A stretch of 64,000 nt of DNA, taken from assembly GCA_963845565.1 (NCBI GenBank), contig CAWJSJ010000002.1, positions 576,001-640,000 of the forward strand, given 5' to 3'. The DNA comes from an uncultured Methylomirabilota bacterium. GTDB taxonomy: Bacteria > Methylomirabilota > Methylomirabilia > Methylomirabilales > 2-02-FULL-66-22. Below, one piece after another: positions 10,447 to 20,444 of the stretch. Under the pieces are notes generated by a model. The model saw only the letters and a program-made list of their open reading frames with translations. It did no database searches and was not told the origin of the DNA. The translations under genes and the position numbers were made by a program. Position 1 is the stretch's first letter. Every line of letters starts with the position of its first letter.

Positions 10447-10750
10447 TGTCCCTCCTCCTCTCGCCATAGGGGCCAACCGTGCGGCGGGCAGGATGCCCGC
10501 GCGCCGTTCACGACGAAGAGTACGGATGAGGCGGCGTCTTCACGAAGACGTCGATGCGTCCGATTCGCAGCGCGTCCAGCTAATACCAAAGCGAATTTGG
10601 TTGTCAAGAGAAAAGTCCCGCGCCGCCGGTCGTCTTGCGAACGCGCACGTGGGCTCTTGATTTCCGATGACTAGGCTGGTACCTTCCGCGGACGGCGGAT
10701 GGTGGTCGAAAGGCGTTTCGTGAGAGCCCTGGCGGCGGTCGGAGGTCGGG

Positions 10751-12346
10751 ATGCAAGCGCGCGGTGTCAACCCAAGCCGGTACGGTCTCGAGCACCACGG
10801 GATTCAGAACGTCAACCAGGTCTACTGGAACCTGGGCACGGCGGCGCTCGTCGAGAACGCCATTCGTCGGCGTGAGGGGTTGCTGGCGGCCGGTGGTGCG
10901 TTCACCGTGCGGACCGGGCAATACACCGGGCGATCCCCCGACGACAAGTTCGTGGTGCAAGAGCCCTCCACACAGGATCGGGTGTGGTGGGGACCGGTCA
11001 ACCGTCCGTTCGAGCCTGCTCGGTTCGATGCCTTGTATGGTCGTCTGCTGGCATACCTGCAGGGAAGCGACCTGTACGTCCAGGATTGCTTCGCCGGCGC
11101 GGATCCCGACCATCGTATTCCCATCCGGATCGTCACGGAATATGCCTGGCACAACCTGTTCGCCAGGCAGTTATTCGTCCGACCGGACTGGACCCAGACA
11201 CACGACCACATTCCTCGGTTCACGATCATCGACATCCCAAAGTTCCACGCCTACCCCGACCTGGACGGAACGCGCTCGGAAGCCTTCGTGATCGTGCATT
11301 TCGAAAAAGGGCTTGTGATTATTGGCGGTACAAGCTATGCGGGGGAAATGAAGAAGTCCGTCTTTACGATCCTGAACTTCCTCTTGCCACTCCGGCGGGT
11401 ATTGTCCATGCACTGCTCGGCAAACCAGGGGCGCAAGGGAGACGTGGCACTCTTCTTCGGCCTCTCCGGCACCGGAAAGACAACCCTCTCGGCGGACCCG
11501 GAGCGGCGACTGATCGGCGACGACGAGCATGGCTGGAGCGACAGCGGCGTTTTCAATTTCGAGGGGGGCTGTTACGCGAAATGCATCAGCCTGTCGCGCG
11601 AGGACGAGCCGCAAATCTGGGGCGCGATTCGTTTCGGGTCCGTCCTTGAGAACGTCACGCTCGACCCCGAGACCAGACTTCTCAACTTTCAAGACGGCTC
11701 CCTGACCGAGAACACGCGGGCGGCATTTCCGGCCAGCTTCATCCCGGACGCGGTCGTCCCGGGTGTGGGCGGACACCCGCAGCACATTTTTTTTCTTGCC
11801 TGCGATGCTTTTGGGGTCCTCCCGCCGATCGCACATCTGTCGCCGGAGCAGGCCATGTATCACTTCCTCTCCGGGTACACCGCCAAGCTAGCCGGAACAG
11901 AACGGGGCCTCGGCTCACAGCCGCAAGCGACCTTCAGTGCGTGCTTCGGCGCGCCGTTTCTGGCGCTCCATCCCACCGTGTACGCGGAGATGCTCCGCGA
12001 ACGAATCGAAAAGCATCGGGCACATTGCTGGCTGGTGAACACGGGGTGGACCGGGGGCCCAGTCGGGATGGGCCATCGTTTTCGGCTGCCGCACACCCGC
12101 GCGCTTCTGCGCGCGGCCCTGGGCGGAAAGCTTGATGGTGTCCCCACCCGAACGGACCCGGTCTTCGGCCTGCAGGTTCCGACCGCCTGTCCGGATGTGC
12201 CGGTGGCGATTCTCGACCCACGAGGGACATGGCCGAAGCCTGAGTCGTATGACGCGCAGGCTCAGCAGTTGGGGTCTCTGTTCCGGAAGAATTTCGAGAA
12301 ATTCGGGGACACCCCGGCGGCCATTCGCGAGGCAGGACCGAGATAG
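10751..12346 (+). CDS. pckA: phosphoenolpyruvate carboxykinase (ATP)
   Basis: [36 protein letters not shown] and NFEGGCYAK motifs. Confidence 0.97.
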   Translation: MQARGVNPSRYGLEHHGIQNVNQVYWNLGTAALVENAIRRREGLLAAGGAFTVRTGQYTGRSPDDKFVVQEPSTQDRVWWGPVNRPFEPARFDALYGRLLAYLQGSDLYVQDCFAGADPDHRIPIRIVTEYAWHNLFARQLFVRPDWTQTHDHIPRFTIIDIPKFHAYPDLDGTRSEAFVIVHFEKGLVIIGGTSYAGEMKKSVFTILNFLLPLRRVLSMHCSANQGRKGDVALFFGLSGTGKTTLSADPERRLIGDDEHGWSDSGVFNFEGGCYAKCISLSREDEPQIWGAIRFGSVLENVTLDPETRLLNFQDGSLTENTRAAFPASFIPDAVVPGVGGHPQHIFFLACDAFGVLPPIAHLSPEQAMYHFLSGYTAKLAGTERGLGSQPQATFSACFGAPFLALHPTVYAEMLRERIEKHRAHCWLVNTGWTGGPVGMGHRFRLPHTRALLRAALGGKLDGVPTRTDPVFGLQVPTACPDVPVAILDPRGTWPKPESYDAQAQQLGSLFRKNFEKFGDTPAAIREAGPR

Positions 12347-12388
12347 GCATCGTGCCCATGGCGCAAGGCGGCTGGCCCCCGGTCGAAC

Positions 12389-14023
12389 CTACGCCTTTCC
12401 CCTGAGGACCTCCAGCATCCGGCGGTAACCGTGCGGGTTGATCCGCGCGGCGATGATCGCCGGCCTCGGGGCTTCCAGGGCATCCGAAAGTGCTGCCCGC
12501 AGACCCTCTTCGTCCTCCACTGCCGTTCCCAGTGCACCAAGACCTTCGACGATTTTCGGGATGTCCAACTGTGGGAGCGAGACACCCACCGGCGCGTACC
12601 GCTTTTGCTCTTGGACAACACGCACAAGGCTCTGCGACTCGTCCACAAAGACGACCACAACGATCTTGAGTCCCAGACCGCTGGCGGTGGCGACCTCCGA
12701 AAGGCTGAGAAGGAGGCCGCTCTCTCCCGTGAAGGCCAGCACTGGGCGTTCCGGAGCGTTCAGCTTTGCGGCGATGGCCGCCGGTATGGCGTAGCCGGTC
12801 CCTGCCAGCCCCCCGGAGCACAGATACGTCTTCGGCTCGTAGGTCTCCCAGAAAGCGGGGACCGCCAGCGCGTGGGCCCCGGTGTCGACCGTCGCGACGG
12901 TCGGGCGCGGGAAGACCTCTCTGGCGATTTCCACCACACGATGCGGCGCCAAGCCATGCTGGCCTCGCGGCGAGATCGCCTCGACCAGGAGCGTGCGGGT
13001 GCGGGTGCGGAACGCTTCTCCGCGTCTTGCCCAATTGGCGAGGCCCCATTCCCCGGTCGGGGGTAAGCCCTGTCGCAGCAACACCAGGCCCGTGGAGAGG
13101 CACCCGGTGGCCTCGGCCGTCGCCACAAAGGGGCACGGGGTCATCGCGTAATCCGCCATGGAGAGCACTGGCCGGCCGGCCTTCCAGGGGCGCGGCAGGA
13201 TTTCCGCCGGATCCACTCCCACTGCGAGAACACAATCGGCTCGTCCGAGGAGTTCTTCTTCCAGCGGCCCGCCAGAAAAAACACCCGCTGCTAACGGATG
13301 ATCCTCTGGAATGACTCCCTTTGCGCGTGCCGTGGTCAGCGTCGGCGCCCCGAGATGCTCAACCAGCTCCCGAAGCGGACGGGCGACCGCGGCCTCACGG
13401 CAACCAGACCCTGCCACAATGACGGCTCGCCCGCTGCGGTTCAGCAACCCTGCAAGGTGGCGTATGGCACTCGGAGATGGATCCACTCGCTTGGCGTTCT
13501 TGGCAGGAATGGCGCGCCGTCTCGCCGGGCTGACCGACTCGTCGGCCGGCAAGTCCAGGTGGACCGGGCCGGCTGGACTGGTCGTGGCTTCTTCCCATGC
13601 CCAGGCAATGAGTCGCGCCGCCCGGCTCCGTGTTACGGTGGCGCCGTCCTTCGTAACAGCTTGAAAAATAAGTCTTTGGTCGATACTCTGTCGCAGTCCG
13701 ACCCGCAGGCTGTTGCGGGTTGCCCTGCCCGCCAGGACGATGAGCGGTAACCGATCAAGATAGGCGTGAGCCACCCCAGCAATGACACTCGTCGCCCCGG
13801 AACCGAGCGCGGTGACGCAGACGCCGGGTTTCCCCCTCAGGTCTCCCTCCGTTGCAGCCATAATGGCCGCAGCTCCCCCATTCTGCGTGGCCAGGAACTC
13901 GACGCCTCGTCCGCGAGCGGCTTCGATCAGATCCAGACAGCTGCCCTCGCCGGGCACCCCGTAGATCCGCCCGATTCCCGCTCTCGCCAAATAATCCGCC
14001 ACGACGTCGGCCGTGGTCGCCAT
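12389..14023 (-). CDS. ThDP-dependent enzyme homolog (acetolactate synthase-like) with degenerate catalytic motifs
   Basis: IYGVPG, GPVHLDLPAD and GYAIPAAIAAKL motifs present; GES replaces GDG. Confidence 0.8.
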   Translation of the reverse strand: MATTADVVADYLARAGIGRIYGVPGEGSCLDLIEAARGRGVEFLATQNGGAAAIMAATEGDLRGKPGVCVTALGSGATSVIAGVAHAYLDRLPLIVLAGRATRNSLRVGLRQSIDQRLIFQAVTKDGATVTRSRAARLIAWAWEEATTSPAGPVHLDLPADESVSPARRRAIPAKNAKRVDPSPSAIRHLAGLLNRSGRAVIVAGSGCREAAVARPLRELVEHLGAPTLTTARAKGVIPEDHPLAAGVFSGGPLEEELLGRADCVLAVGVDPAEILPRPWKAGRPVLSMADYAMTPCPFVATAEATGCLSTGLVLLRQGLPPTGEWGLANWARRGEAFRTRTRTLLVEAISPRGQHGLAPHRVVEIAREVFPRPTVATVDTGAHALAVPAFWETYEPKTYLCSGGLAGTGYAIPAAIAAKLNAPERPVLAFTGESGLLLSLSEVATASGLGLKIVVVVFVDESQSLVRVVQEQKRYAPVGVSLPQLDIPKIVEGLGALGTAVEDEEGLRAALSDALEAPRPAIIAARINPHGYRRMLEVLRGKA

Positions 14024-14104
14024 CGGCACTCCTCAGGGGTTGGGGGCCCCGTAGCCACGCACGCCAGACGCGCCCGAGACGTCTTTGGCGGTTCGCCGGA
14101 AAGG

Positions 14105-14800
14105 TCAGACTGCCTTTGCGCAGATTCCCCCAAAGAGGCGGACTTGCACCAGCATCAGGTAGAACCACGCAAACGGCCAAGCAAGCGCGCCGAGATACGG
14201 AATCGCGGCGAGCGTTCCGCCGGCGATACTTAACCCAACGCAAAGCACATATGTCGCCACGTACTCCGCCAAAATGCTGTTGATTCCGTCCCACAGCGTT
14301 CCGGGATGGAAGGCCGCCTCTAGCCGTCGGTGCGCCAAATACCTGGCCAGGGCCATCGGTAGAAAAAAGAGCGTGAACAGCCCTGCCAACACCCCGAGGA
14401 CCATCAGTACCATTCCCAAGAAGAGAATGATACCACCCTTGACCAACAGGCCCAGGCCGAACAGAACGAGCACGAGCGGAGCCAGTCCGTACGCCAAGGC
14501 AATACCGAAGCCCACGAATCCCCCAAAGAAGAGTCGCGGCCAATCGTCCCATTCCGGAAGCGAGGCTGCCTCCCCGCGAAGAGTGCCCTCGTACACAGCA
14601 AGCAGGTACCCGACGGCCGGAAGATTCACCATCACGGCCAGGGGAGCGATACCGAACGCCGCCTCTTCAGAAAGCAGGTAGGCAAGACCCACGAACACCA
14701 ACTCAAGGAGGAGGCCCGTGGCGCCTCCGATCAGCAGCTTACGAGGCCAGTCCGGCCCCTCCATGGGAAAACGGGCTGATGCTCGGATATTTAGCCGCAT
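14105..14800 (-). CDS. DUF4013-like membrane protein
   Basis: FP...W..KLLIGG, GY and LPEWDDW motifs; multiple TM helices. Confidence 0.75.
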   Translation of the reverse strand: MRLNIRASARFPMEGPDWPRKLLIGGATGLLLELVFVGLAYLLSEEAAFGIAPLAVMVNLPAVGYLLAVYEGTLRGEAASLPEWDDWPRLFFGGFVGFGIALAYGLAPLVLVLFGLGLLVKGGIILFLGMVLMVLGVLAGLFTLFFLPMALARYLAHRRLEAAFHPGTLWDGINSILAEYVATYVLCVGLSIAGGTLAAIPYLGALAWPFAWFYLMLVQVRLFGGICAKAV

Positions 14801-14802
14801 GC

Positions 14803-15657
14803 TCAGCGCGCCCCAAGAATGACGTCTGCGAGTCGTGTCAGGTCGTCGCTGGAGTAGAAACTGATCTCCACGGTGCCCCCCGCCCCGTTTCGCTGGATGC
14901 GTACCTTGGTTCCGAGGACCATCCGGAGCTGGTCTTCCATTGCGCCGAGATTCGGGTCCTGATTTGACCCTCGCTCCCTTTTCGGCGGCTCCCCCGCGCG
15001 AAGCCTGCGGACCAAGGCCTCCGTGGCGCGCACGGTCAACCCGCGCTTCACCACAAGGTTGCGGCCCTTAATCTGGTCCGCCGGTCCCTCGAGTCCGAGC
15101 AGGGCCCGCGCATGCCCCTCGGAGAGCGTTCCGGCGGCAACGTCTTCTTGGATGCGTTTCGGAAGCCGGAGAAGCCGCAGGGAGTTGGTGACCGACGACC
15201 GATTCCGCCCAAGCCGTCCCGCGACTTCTTCCTGTGTGAGACCAAACTCGTCAACGAGGCGCTGGTAGGCCTCAGCGGCTTCGAGCGGATTCAGGTCCTC
15301 TCGCTGGAGGTTCTCCACCAGGGCCATTTGCAGGGCCTGGGAATCGGTTGCGTCCTTGATGATCGTCGGGATGTGGGTGAGACCGGCGAGCCTGGCTGCC
15401 CGGATGCGTCGCTCTCCCGCGATGATTTGGAAACCGCCAGGAACACGCCGAACCACCACCGGCGTCAAAACCCCGTGTTCCCGGATCGTGGCCGCAAGCT
15501 CCTCGAGCGCTTCCGTATCGAAATGTTTCCGGGGCTGGAACGGGTTGATCTCCAGGTCGACCAGGGGCAATTCTTGAACGGTCGTACTTGGCTGTGCTGG
15601 CTCCGCGCCAGGGATCAGCGCTCCAAGTCCCCTACCCAGCCCGCGTTTTTGCACCAT
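14803..15657 (-). CDS. parB: chromosome partitioning protein ParB/Spo0J
   Basis: GLGRGLGALI, NPFQPR, IAGERRIRA, ENLQREDLNPLE and an HTH. Confidence 0.97.
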   Translation of the reverse strand: MVQKRGLGRGLGALIPGAEPAQPSTTVQELPLVDLEINPFQPRKHFDTEALEELAATIREHGVLTPVVVRRVPGGFQIIAGERRIRAARLAGLTHIPTIIKDATDSQALQMALVENLQREDLNPLEAAEAYQRLVDEFGLTQEEVAGRLGRNRSSVTNSLRLLRLPKRIQEDVAAGTLSEGHARALLGLEGPADQIKGRNLVVKRGLTVRATEALVRRLRAGEPPKRERGSNQDPNLGAMEDQLRMVLGTKVRIQRNGAGGTVEISFYSSDDLTRLADVILGAR

Positions 15658-16408
15658 CGATCACCTCTCGGGCGAGTTGCAGATAACCCTCGGCTCCCGC
15701 GCATCGGATGTCGTACAAGATGATGGGCTTTCCGTGGCTGGGCGCCTCGCTCAATCGCACATTACGGGGAATCACGGTGCGGAAGACCCGTTCTCGGAAG
15801 TGCTGACGGACCTCAGCTGCCACCTGCCCAGCCAGATTCACACGTCCGTCAAACATCGTGAGCAGAATCCCCTCAACTGCCAGATGTTGATTCAGCGTCC
15901 GTTGACACAACCGGACGGTCTCCATGATCTGCCCCAAACCCTCCAGCGCGTAATATTCGCATTGTAGTGGGATCAGGACGGCGTCCGCTGCCACCAAGGC
16001 GTTCAGCGTCAGAAACCCAAGAGACGGGGGGCAATCGATCAGGATGTAACGATATTGATCCTCGAGGGGCTGCAGCGCCTTTCGCAAGCGGTGTTCCCGG
16101 TCCGGGAGCTCCACCAACTCAACCTCGGCCCCCACCAACTCCCTGCGAGACGGAATAACCTGGAGGGCTGGAATCGCCGTGGGAAGCACGACGTCGCGCC
16201 CGCTCGCATCTCCAAGCAGAAGGTGGTACATGTGGCGCGTGACCGTGCGCGGGTCCACGCCCACACCGGTGGTGGCGTTCGCCTGGGGATCGACATCCAC
16301 CAATAACGTCGGCTGCTCAGCGGCAGCGAGACATGCGGCGAGGTTGATGGCCGTCGTGGTCTTTCCCACACCGCCCTTTTGGTTGGCCACCGCGATGATT
16401 CTCGCCAC
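15632..16408 (-). CDS. parA: chromosome partitioning ATPase ParA/Soj
   Basis: NQKGGVGKTTT, DPQANAT, IDCPPSLG and PRNVRLSEAPSHG motifs. Confidence 0.97.
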   Translation of the reverse strand: MARIIAVANQKGGVGKTTTAINLAACLAAAEQPTLLVDVDPQANATTGVGVDPRTVTRHMYHLLLGDASGRDVVLPTAIPALQVIPSRRELVGAEVELVELPDREHRLRKALQPLEDQYRYILIDCPPSLGFLTLNALVAADAVLIPLQCEYYALEGLGQIMETVRLCQRTLNQHLAVEGILLTMFDGRVNLAGQVAAEVRQHFRERVFRTVIPRNVRLSEAPSHGKPIILYDIRCAGAEGYLQLAREVIDGAKTRAG

Positions 16409-16467
16409 GTCGATCCTCCGCTGTTCGGTGGACCATAGCACATTTCTGGTGGCCCAGCCAAGGGCGA

Positions 16468-16483
16468 TGTTTCACGTGAAACA
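16468..16483. promoter_or_regulatory. parS centromere site
   Basis: TGTTTCACGTGAAACA is an exact match to the consensus parS, within a 20-bp palindrome (16466-16485) just upstream of parA. Confidence 0.95.
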
Positions 16484-16492
16484 TCCCGCCGG

Positions 16493-17194
16493 TTATCCGC
16501 CCAACCCTTTTCGGAGCGTGAGGATTTCATGGGAGGGTGCCCCAATCCAGGCCGGGACTGCGATTTCTCCGACCAGTTCGAAGCCCATACCAATCAGGTC
16601 TGCCAGCGCCGCATCGGTTTCCCGACCGGATCCAACCTGCGCGAGGAATACTCCGCCGGGTCGCAGGAATGGAAAAACGACGCCTCCGATTTTCGCTAGG
16701 GGCGCCACCGCCCTTGCCGAAGCGAAATCGAACGAGGCGGCCATTTCCGGATCGTGCTCAACGATCTTCTCCGCCCGCCCAAGCACCGGGCGGACGCGGG
16801 ACAGCGCCAGCAGGCGCACGACGTGACGAAGAAACGAAATCTTCTTCCGCGAGACCTCTATCAATGTGAAATCGAGGCTTGATCGTATGATGGCGATTGG
16901 GATGGCGGGAAAACCGGCCCCAGATCCGATGTCCAGGGCACGCCTCGCACCTAACGGAATCAGGGGAAGACAGGCAAGTGCGTCGAGAAAGCCGTGCCGT
17001 ACGATCTCCTCGGGCCGTGTCAGCGCGGTGAGACTCATATGTCCGGCCCACCGGAGAATCTCCTCCCGATAGGCGCGAAACGCGAGAACCTGCTCCGGCC
17101 CTAAGGGAACCCCAAGCTTATCGGCTCCTGCCGAAAGGAGCTCGTCGGGGTCCGGGCGGGCGAGGAGCTCACCGCGTTTTTGTCTGGAGGGCAA
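16493..17194 (-). CDS. rsmG: 16S rRNA m7G527 methyltransferase
   Basis: LDIGSGAGFP, KKISFL and ARAVA motifs; typical position before parA. Confidence 0.92.
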   Translation of the reverse strand: MPSRQKRGELLARPDPDELLSAGADKLGVPLGPEQVLAFRAYREEILRWAGHMSLTALTRPEEIVRHGFLDALACLPLIPLGARRALDIGSGAGFPAIPIAIIRSSLDFTLIEVSRKKISFLRHVVRLLALSRVRPVLGRAEKIVEHDPEMAASFDFASARAVAPLAKIGGVVFPFLRPGGVFLAQVGSGRETDAALADLIGMGFELVGEIAVPAWIGAPSHEILTLRKGLGG

Positions 17195-17201
17195 GTTTCG
17201 A

Positions 17202-18881
17202 CTAGGCCGGCTGCCCCTCTGCTGGCGACGGGCGCGCCGCCCCCCGGTTGATCAGCCACTGCTGGCCGATCTGAAGGACATTATTGACCAGCCAGTACAG
17301 AACCAAACCCGACGGAAAGCTCCAGAACATGAAGGTGAATATGATCGGCATCATCCAGAGCATCATCTGGGCTTGTCGCGGATCGCCGGTGGTCGGTGAC
17401 ATCTTTTGTTGAAACCACATGCTGACGCCCATCAAGAGGGCGAGTACGTTGGCCGAGAGGACGTATCCTCCCCAGACCTCCGCACGGAAAAGCGAGTCGG
17501 GCTGGGTCAAGTCGCTGATCCAGAGAAAGCGGGCTTGCCACATTTCCACGGAGCTAGACAGTGCGTTGTACAACGCAATGAAAATAGGTATTTGCGCAAG
17601 CATTGGGAGGCACCCGCCCATCGGGTTGACCCCGTGCTTTCGATACAGGGCCATGGTCTCTTCTTGTTTCTTCTGGGGGTTGTTCTTGTACCGCTCTTGC
17701 AGCGCTTGGACTTTGGGCTGGATGGCCTGCATCGCCTGCATGGATTTCATGCTCTTGTGGGTGAGCGGATGGAAGGCGATCTTTTGTAGGATCGTGATCA
17801 AGATGATTGCGACACCGTAGTTCCCGGTGTAATGATAAAGAAACTTGAGCAGCCAGAGCGCCGGGCGGGCCAAGAAATCAAACCAGCCAAGGTCGATGAG
17901 TTGGTCGAGGTCGTGTCCGACACCGCGCAGCAGGTCGAGATCGCGTGGCCCGGCGAAAACCAGAACCCCTGCCGACGCCTCGCCGGATGACTGTAGTGTT
18001 TGTTTCTGCCAGATCAGACCGACGATCGGCTGATCATCCGAGGCTTTTGACACGAAGGCGTTGAAGTCCTTGTCCATTGGGAGGAGCGCCGCCGTAAAAT
18101 AGGTGTCTTGCAGTGCCGCCCACGACACCTTCCCCTCCACCACGCGTTCCCCGCTTACCTTGGCGAGATCCTCTTGCGCGCGCTTGCCATCCACCCAGAG
18201 GGTTGGGGGTTGAATGGTGCTTGCGTTTTTGTCGGTGCTGTTGCGTAAGCCCGGCCCCCACGCGAGCCTGGTTTGGGCGACGGCGTTGTCCCCAGAAAGG
18301 TTCCGAACCACGAGGCCGATCTCAACATCATACCGGTCCGCGTGGAATGACAACCGTTTCTCGAGTTGGATGCCGTTGGCGCTTACATGTTTGAATGTCA
18401 GCGTCCCGGTCGTCCCCGCCTGCGTGAGGTCGAGGCGGTCTTTGTCCACCTCAAACACCCCCGCGATTTGCTCCGGGTCTGCCCACGCAGCGAGAGGTCC
18501 GGGGGTTGCCCGGATATCCGAGTTGGCCACCAGGTCCACAGGGGCGCCGCTGGCGATCTTGAAGGCTTTGAGTTGCCATGCCGTCGCCCGGGCGCCCATG
18601 GTGGACATTACCACCCGCACGAGGGGGGTCTCGATGGTGACGTTCTTTGGGGATAAACCGCGCTGCGCGGTTGGGGTGTAGCCCTTCGGGAGCGTCGGGA
18701 CTTTTGCTGTGATGGCGGCGGGCGGTGCCGCGGCCGGCGCGGCCATTTTCTGGTTGTCGGTCTGGGTGGCCGGCGGTCGAGGCGGCTCTTGAACCGGAAC
18801 CTCTACCCGCGACAAATACCATTGGTATCCCAAAAGAATGCCGATCACTAGAACCGTCGCTATGATTGCGTTCCGCTCCAT
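17202..18881 (-). CDS. yidC: membrane protein insertase YidC
   Basis: GNYGVAIILIT, GVNPMGGCLP, QIPIFIALY and PSGLVLYW motifs. Confidence 0.96.
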   Translation of the reverse strand: MERNAIIATVLVIGILLGYQWYLSRVEVPVQEPPRPPATQTDNQKMAAPAAAPPAAITAKVPTLPKGYTPTAQRGLSPKNVTIETPLVRVVMSTMGARATAWQLKAFKIASGAPVDLVANSDIRATPGPLAAWADPEQIAGVFEVDKDRLDLTQAGTTGTLTFKHVSANGIQLEKRLSFHADRYDVEIGLVVRNLSGDNAVAQTRLAWGPGLRNSTDKNASTIQPPTLWVDGKRAQEDLAKVSGERVVEGKVSWAALQDTYFTAALLPMDKDFNAFVSKASDDQPIVGLIWQKQTLQSSGEASAGVLVFAGPRDLDLLRGVGHDLDQLIDLGWFDFLARPALWLLKFLYHYTGNYGVAIILITILQKIAFHPLTHKSMKSMQAMQAIQPKVQALQERYKNNPQKKQEETMALYRKHGVNPMGGCLPMLAQIPIFIALYNALSSSVEMWQARFLWISDLTQPDSLFRAEVWGGYVLSANVLALLMGVSMWFQQKMSPTTGDPRQAQMMLWMMPIIFTFMFWSFPSGLVLYWLVNNVLQIGQQWLINRGAARPSPAEGQPA

Positions 18882-18920
18882 GCTCACTCCAGACCGCTAA
18901 CCATTAAAAAGAGTGTCGAA

Positions 18921-19148
18921 CTACGGAACCGGGTCAAATCCACCTGGGTGATATGGGTGGCACCGCACCAGTCGTTGAGCCGCCAACCAAAACCCGCGGA
19001 TAATTCCGTGTTTTTCTATGGATTCAAGAGCGTACTGGGAACAGCTTGGGCTGAAGCGGCACGCGGCGGGAAACGCCGGACCAATCCACCGCTGATAGAG
19101 CCGAATGGGCGCCATGACGGCAAGCCGGGGTCTGCTCACCAGTCTCAA
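18921..19148 (-). CDS. yidD: membrane protein insertion efficiency factor YidD
   Basis: CRFSPSCSQY and RCHPYHPGGFDPVP motifs. Confidence 0.93.
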   Translation of the reverse strand: MRLVSRPRLAVMAPIRLYQRWIGPAFPAACRFSPSCSQYALESIEKHGIIRGFWLAAQRLVRCHPYHPGGFDPVP

Positions 19149-19489
19149 TTCGTACCCGTCACCGCGCGCCCCAACATCTCATTCCCGCGCGCGAAAAGCA
19201 GTTCCAGTGTCGATCGGACCCGCTTTCTGGGTTCGCACCCGACGTCACCCCTCGCCAAAAGGAGACAGCCCGCCGTCTTGACACGTTCCGGCGTCGAGCC
19301 GAACACGTCACGCGCGATCCTTCGTACCCTGCTCCGGGTGACGGCGCCCCCTGCTGTGCGGCCCAGGGCGACGATGAGTCGTCCTTTGTTTTCGGGGCTG
19401 GGTAACAGAAAGAGCGTCAGGGAGCCTCGAGACACCCTCATACCAGACCGGCGAATCTGCGCACTCGGCGAGTTTTCGTTCCTTCTCAA
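19145..19489 (-). CDS. rnpA: ribonuclease P protein component (divergent)
   Basis: Lies between rpmH and yidD; GGAVTRSRVRRIARDVF resembles the RNR motif. Confidence 0.7.
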   Translation of the reverse strand: MRRNENSPSAQIRRSGMRVSRGSLTLFLLPSPENKGRLIVALGRTAGGAVTRSRVRRIARDVFGSTPERVKTAGCLLLARGDVGCEPRKRVRSTLELLFARGNEMLGRAVTGTN

Positions 19490-19501
19490 GTTGAGATCCG
19501 A

Positions 19502-19636
19502 TCAGACCGTGAGGCGATGGCGACCCTTCGCCCGGCGCCTCTTGATCACCTTCTGGCCGTCTGCCGTGCTCATGCGCTTCAGGAACCCGTGGCAGGTTTT
19601 TCGCTTGCTCTTGTTTGGTTGGTATGTTCGCTTCAT
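19502..19636 (-). CDS. rpmH: 50S ribosomal protein L34
   Basis: Hand translation gives [44 protein letters not shown] (44 aa, too short for the ORF track). Confidence 0.97.
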   Translation of the reverse strand: MKRTYQPNKSKRKTCHGFLKRMSTADGQKVIKRRRAKGRHRLTV

Positions 19637-19799
19637 GGTGCTCGCTCCTTGTGGTTTGGCGAAGCGGGCATTCTATGTCTCATGCGACTCATTGTCAAGT
19701 ACCTGATTGCTCTTCATGTCTTTTGTTTGGCAGGGGTTCTGAGTTGGGGCCTCACTGGTGTTTTTCTTGGGTTGTGATGAAGATTTGGCGCGGTGTTCC

Positions 19800-20350
19800 A
19801 TCGTTTTTTCTGTGGTTAATCGCCATTTATATTAAATAAACTCCTTTATTTTTATATGTTTATGAGGTTATCCACAGGTGTGGAAAATCCTGTGTGTAAC
19901 CTTAACCTCCAGAAAAAGGTTGGTTGTGTTATCTCTCTGAGTTTCCTGGTCCTGCTGGCCACTATCCCGGCGCTTGTTTGTTCCATTCCGGCCGCGCTTC
20001 CAGGCGCACACACGATCCCCGGCGTCGTTACCGAATGAGACCAGTGCCATGTTGTTTGGGGTCGTTCCCCCGTCTTTCCTCCCCGGGAAAAACGCACATC
20101 ACCACTGTTCACCCATCCTAAAAGCTGTTGTTGACATATTCACTTCGGATTTGGTAAAATTTGTTAGTAAAGCGTGGAATTCTTTTGGCGTTTCCACATT
20201 CTGTTGTTAATTGTGCTTTTCCGTTCGTTCTGCGTTGGCAATTAACAAACCGCCCACATAACGATGTGGGCATCTTATGTTGAAGAAGCGCGGGATTGCC
20301 ACACTTGTCAACACCCGCGGTTACCTAATACTCCTACTCCTATTTTTCTC
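19800..20350. other. chromosomal replication origin oriC (candidate)
   Basis: Perfect DnaA box TTATCCACA at 19868-19876 and variants TGTGGTTAA (19811), TGTGGAAAA (19879) and TGTGTGTAA (19891). AT-rich tract ~19825-19865. TTGTCAACA at 20305 followed by a GC spacer and DnaA-trio-like repeats. Gene orientation switches here. Confidence 0.85.
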
Positions 20351-20444
20351 TTGTTCCTAGAATCGGTTTAAGAGAGTCGGTTGGAATTCTTTCACCCAAT
20401 CTTTCTTGCTGCTACCCGCAATACACAATGGGAGTGTGAGTCTC

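Noticed and set aside
19852..20210. Short ORFs in the origin region as possible dnaA remnants
   Set aside because: No Walker A, sensor or domain IV similarity is visible in any of the provided translations.
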